This document shows positions 62,607 through 64,000 of a stretch of DNA of 64,000 bases, piece after piece. The number at the start of each line of letters is the position of its first letter. Position 1 is the stretch's first letter. A program made the position numbers and the translations under genes. The DNA is taken from the NCBI GenBank assembly GCA_041665845.1, contig JBAYIC010000002.1, forward strand, positions 64,221 to 128,220, given 5' to 3'. The notes beneath the pieces are model-generated. The model did not search any database and had not been told where the DNA came from. It worked only from the letters and a program-made list of their open reading frames with translations. Origin of the DNA: Patescibacteria group bacterium (GTDB lineage: Bacteria > Patescibacteriota > Patescibacteriia > Patescibacteriales > UBA12465).

Positions 62607-62645
62607 TCTTTCTTTAAAAATTGCTTACCTGTGAAGTATTATATC

Positions 62646-64000
62646 CTATTTCTGCGGATAAGTCAAGATTGGACTTTGGGGCTTAGCTTTGAAGGCTAGG
62701 TCATAATATTCTTTGGCTAAGGTTAAATCTCCTCCTTTTTCGTATAGTTCGGCTAAGGAATAGAAAACTACATAATGGAATCCAGAATAAGAACCATTAA
62801 AATCTGGCATATTTTCTAGAGCCATTTTATAAAATTGTATAGCCATTTCTGTATTTCCAAGCAAAATATTCAGTTTTGCTTTTTCAATATAGACTCCGGG
62901 CCAAAAAGATGCTTTTTCTTCTAGGGTTGATAAAAGTTTTTCCGCTTCTACAAAATCTCCTAAAGCCGCTTTAGCCTTAGCCTTGGTGATTATAGTATAG
63001 GGCTCTTTTTCTGGAATTGACTGAGATAGTTTTTCTATGCGTTCTTCGAAATCTTTTTGTATAACAGAATCTTTTATAAGGGGATAAGCACTTAAAATAG
63101 CATCAATTGAATAGCTATCATAGAACGCTTGGTTTACCACGTTTATTTTTAGTTTATCTATTCGTTTTAAAAAACTCATTCCCACATCATATTTTTCTTC
63201 TTTCCAAGCTAGGACTGCTTTAGCAAAATAATGATCAGCTAATAGAATTTCGGTTGATTTATAAATTGACCAAAAAGAGACAACAAAGATAATAGTTAAT
63301 AAAAAATAGCGCCAAGATTTTCCCAAAATTATTTTTTTATTTATGGTTTGTTCGGTAAAATTACAAGCGACCAGGACCCCTAAAAAAGAGAAAACATAAA
63401 TTTCACCGCTAGGAATAGAAAAGCCAAATAATAAAGAAAAAAGATAAGCAGAGACTCCTAATGCTAAGGCTAGAGAAAGCTCCGGCTGATTATTGTTTCG
63501 GATGTTCTTATAAGCTAAGTGAAAAAAATAAAAAAATAAAAGAGAAAATGCGGTTAAAGCACAAAGGCCACCAAACATTAAAATATCTAAGATTAAATTA
63601 TGAGCTCTATCCGGGACTTGATTAATTTGGCGCAGTCCCCAGTCGGGACGATAATAAGAAATAAAAATACTGGTTAAGTTTTCCTGGCCATAACCAAAAA
63701 ATGGTTTTTGCTTGATGGCTGAAAGAGAAGCTGTATAAAAATCAAAACGCTCACCCACATCCTCGGCCTTAAGATTGAACATGCTGGATATGCGACCGGG
63801 AATAATATAATTAAAAGCTGCTAACGATCCAACACTGAATAAGAAAAAGAAGAAAATAATGACAACTATTTTTTTAAATGATAATTTATAGAAAGATAAT
63901 AGATAAATAAAAAATACAATAAGAGCAAAGAAAAGAGCTAACAACCCGGCTCGGCTACCGGTAGAGAATAGACCGGCTAGATTGAATAAAAATAACAAAA
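62646..64000 (-). CDS. O-antigen ligase (Wzy_C)-like polytopic membrane protein with C-terminal TPR repeats; N-terminus beyond the window
   Basis: The ORF is open to the window end. FSTGSRAGLLALFFALIVF and many TM helices come first, then TPR-like repeats (AIQFYKMALENMPDF, LAELYEKGGDLTLAKEYYDLAFKAKP). Confidence 0.7.
   Translation of the reverse strand, partial: LLFLFNLAGLFSTGSRAGLLALFFALIVFFIYLLSFYKLSFKKIVVIIFFFFLFSVGSLAAFNYIIPGRISSMFNLKAEDVGERFDFYTASLSAIKQKPFFGYGQENLTSIFISYYRPDWGLRQINQVPDRAHNLILDILMFGGLCALTAFSLLFFYFFHLAYKNIRNNNQPELSLALALGVSAYLFSLLFGFSIPSGEIYVFSFLGVLVACNFTEQTINKKIILGKSWRYFLLTIIFVVSFWSIYKSTEILLADHYFAKAVLAWKEEKYDVGMSFLKRIDKLKINVVNQAFYDSYSIDAILSAYPLIKDSVIQKDFEERIEKLSQSIPEKEPYTIITKAKAKAALGDFVEAEKLLSTLEEKASFWPGVYIEKAKLNILLGNTEMAIQFYKMALENMPDFNGSYSGFHYVVFYSLAELYEKGGDLTLAKEYYDLAFKAKPQSPILTYPQK

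Noticed and set aside
1-64000. Possibility of an alternative genetic code (UGA read as Gly or Trp, as in some CPR lineages and Mollicutes).
   Set aside because: Well-supported genes end on TGA at the expected family length (GT2 at 21875-21877, tgt at 31369-31371, purA at 60353-60355). No conserved gene is interrupted by an in-frame TGA.
1-64000. tRNA, rRNA, tmRNA, RNase P or SRP RNA genes, CRISPR arrays, IS elements or prophage genes in the intergenic gaps over 100 nt (1660-1762, 3625-3808, 5105-5211, 6997-7127, 9328-9679, 10130-10254, 13613-13816, 22999-23105, 36965-37078, 45757-45976, 48367-48475, 56029-56190, 57070-57217, 60356-60502, 62535-62645).
   Set aside because: No gap shows a cloverleaf-compatible GTGGC/TTCGA-type acceptor and T-arm pattern or other recognisable RNA-gene hallmarks. 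Most gaps are accounted for by terminator-plus-promoter pairs. Only 9328-9679 and 45757-45976 retain unexplained structure, and both are reported as findings. A tRNAscan/Infernal run is still needed to be sure.

Overview
AT-rich, very gene-dense window. I count 60 well-supported protein-coding genes, 52 on the + strand, plus one candidate small ORF. Many genes are separated by fewer than 15 nt or overlap by 1-4 nt. It reads as core chromosome of a small-genome, fermentative bacterium. Several genes suggest a Patescibacteria/CPR (Parcubacteria-like) organism: DUF4012, a Gmad2-like protein, a stand-alone sigma-70 region 4 plus HARE-HTH protein, a pyruvate kinase without the C-domain, a half-length TsaB, a CpI-type [FeFe] hydrogenase, a two-gene NifS/NifU pair and a patchy dcw cluster. 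That placement is an inference, not demonstrated. The genetic code is standard: TGA, TAA and TAG all terminate well-supported genes. By eye I found no rRNA, tRNA, CRISPR array, transposase, integrase, prophage or recognisable defence genes.

Recognisable blocks:
- csoR plus an HMA/permease/cupredoxin metal module (1-1713)
- rarA, an orphan OmpR-type regulator, hisS, typA, lemA-TPM and rnhB
- cysS-dus-tsaB
- mraZ-rsmH-ftsL-ftsI-murF followed directly by rmlD-rmlA
- an envelope/glycosylation locus (GT2, sigma-r4/HARE-HTH, 2-TM protein, GT4, DUF4012, DUF11-like repeat protein)
- tgt-pyk-eno, rlmN, sod, rlmH and an alkD-like gene
- a double ATP-grasp fusion plus a CelD/FemAB-like GNAT
- rpsB-tsf-ricT
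- gap-SDR-nuoF-like-membrane protein-hydA
- cca, a cyclophilin, a beta-barrel-like secreted protein, guaB-purA, nifS-nifU, an RRM protein, and an O-antigen-ligase/TPR protein cut by the window end

Most worth a second look:
1. The fused double ATP-grasp ligase with its coupled GNAT (42383-45756).
2. A consensus promoter, small ORF, intrinsic terminator and Cys-rich ORF unit in the largest intergenic gap (9397-10129).
3. The NuoF-like / membrane protein / HydA operon, which lacks a NuoE/HydC-like subunit.
4. A roughly 14-strand beta-barrel-like exported protein in a lineage expected to lack an outer membrane.
5. A TGT in which all four Zn ligands are substituted.
6. The envelope locus with its sigma-region-4/HARE-HTH protein.

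All functional calls rest on motif recognition by eye. No database search was possible.
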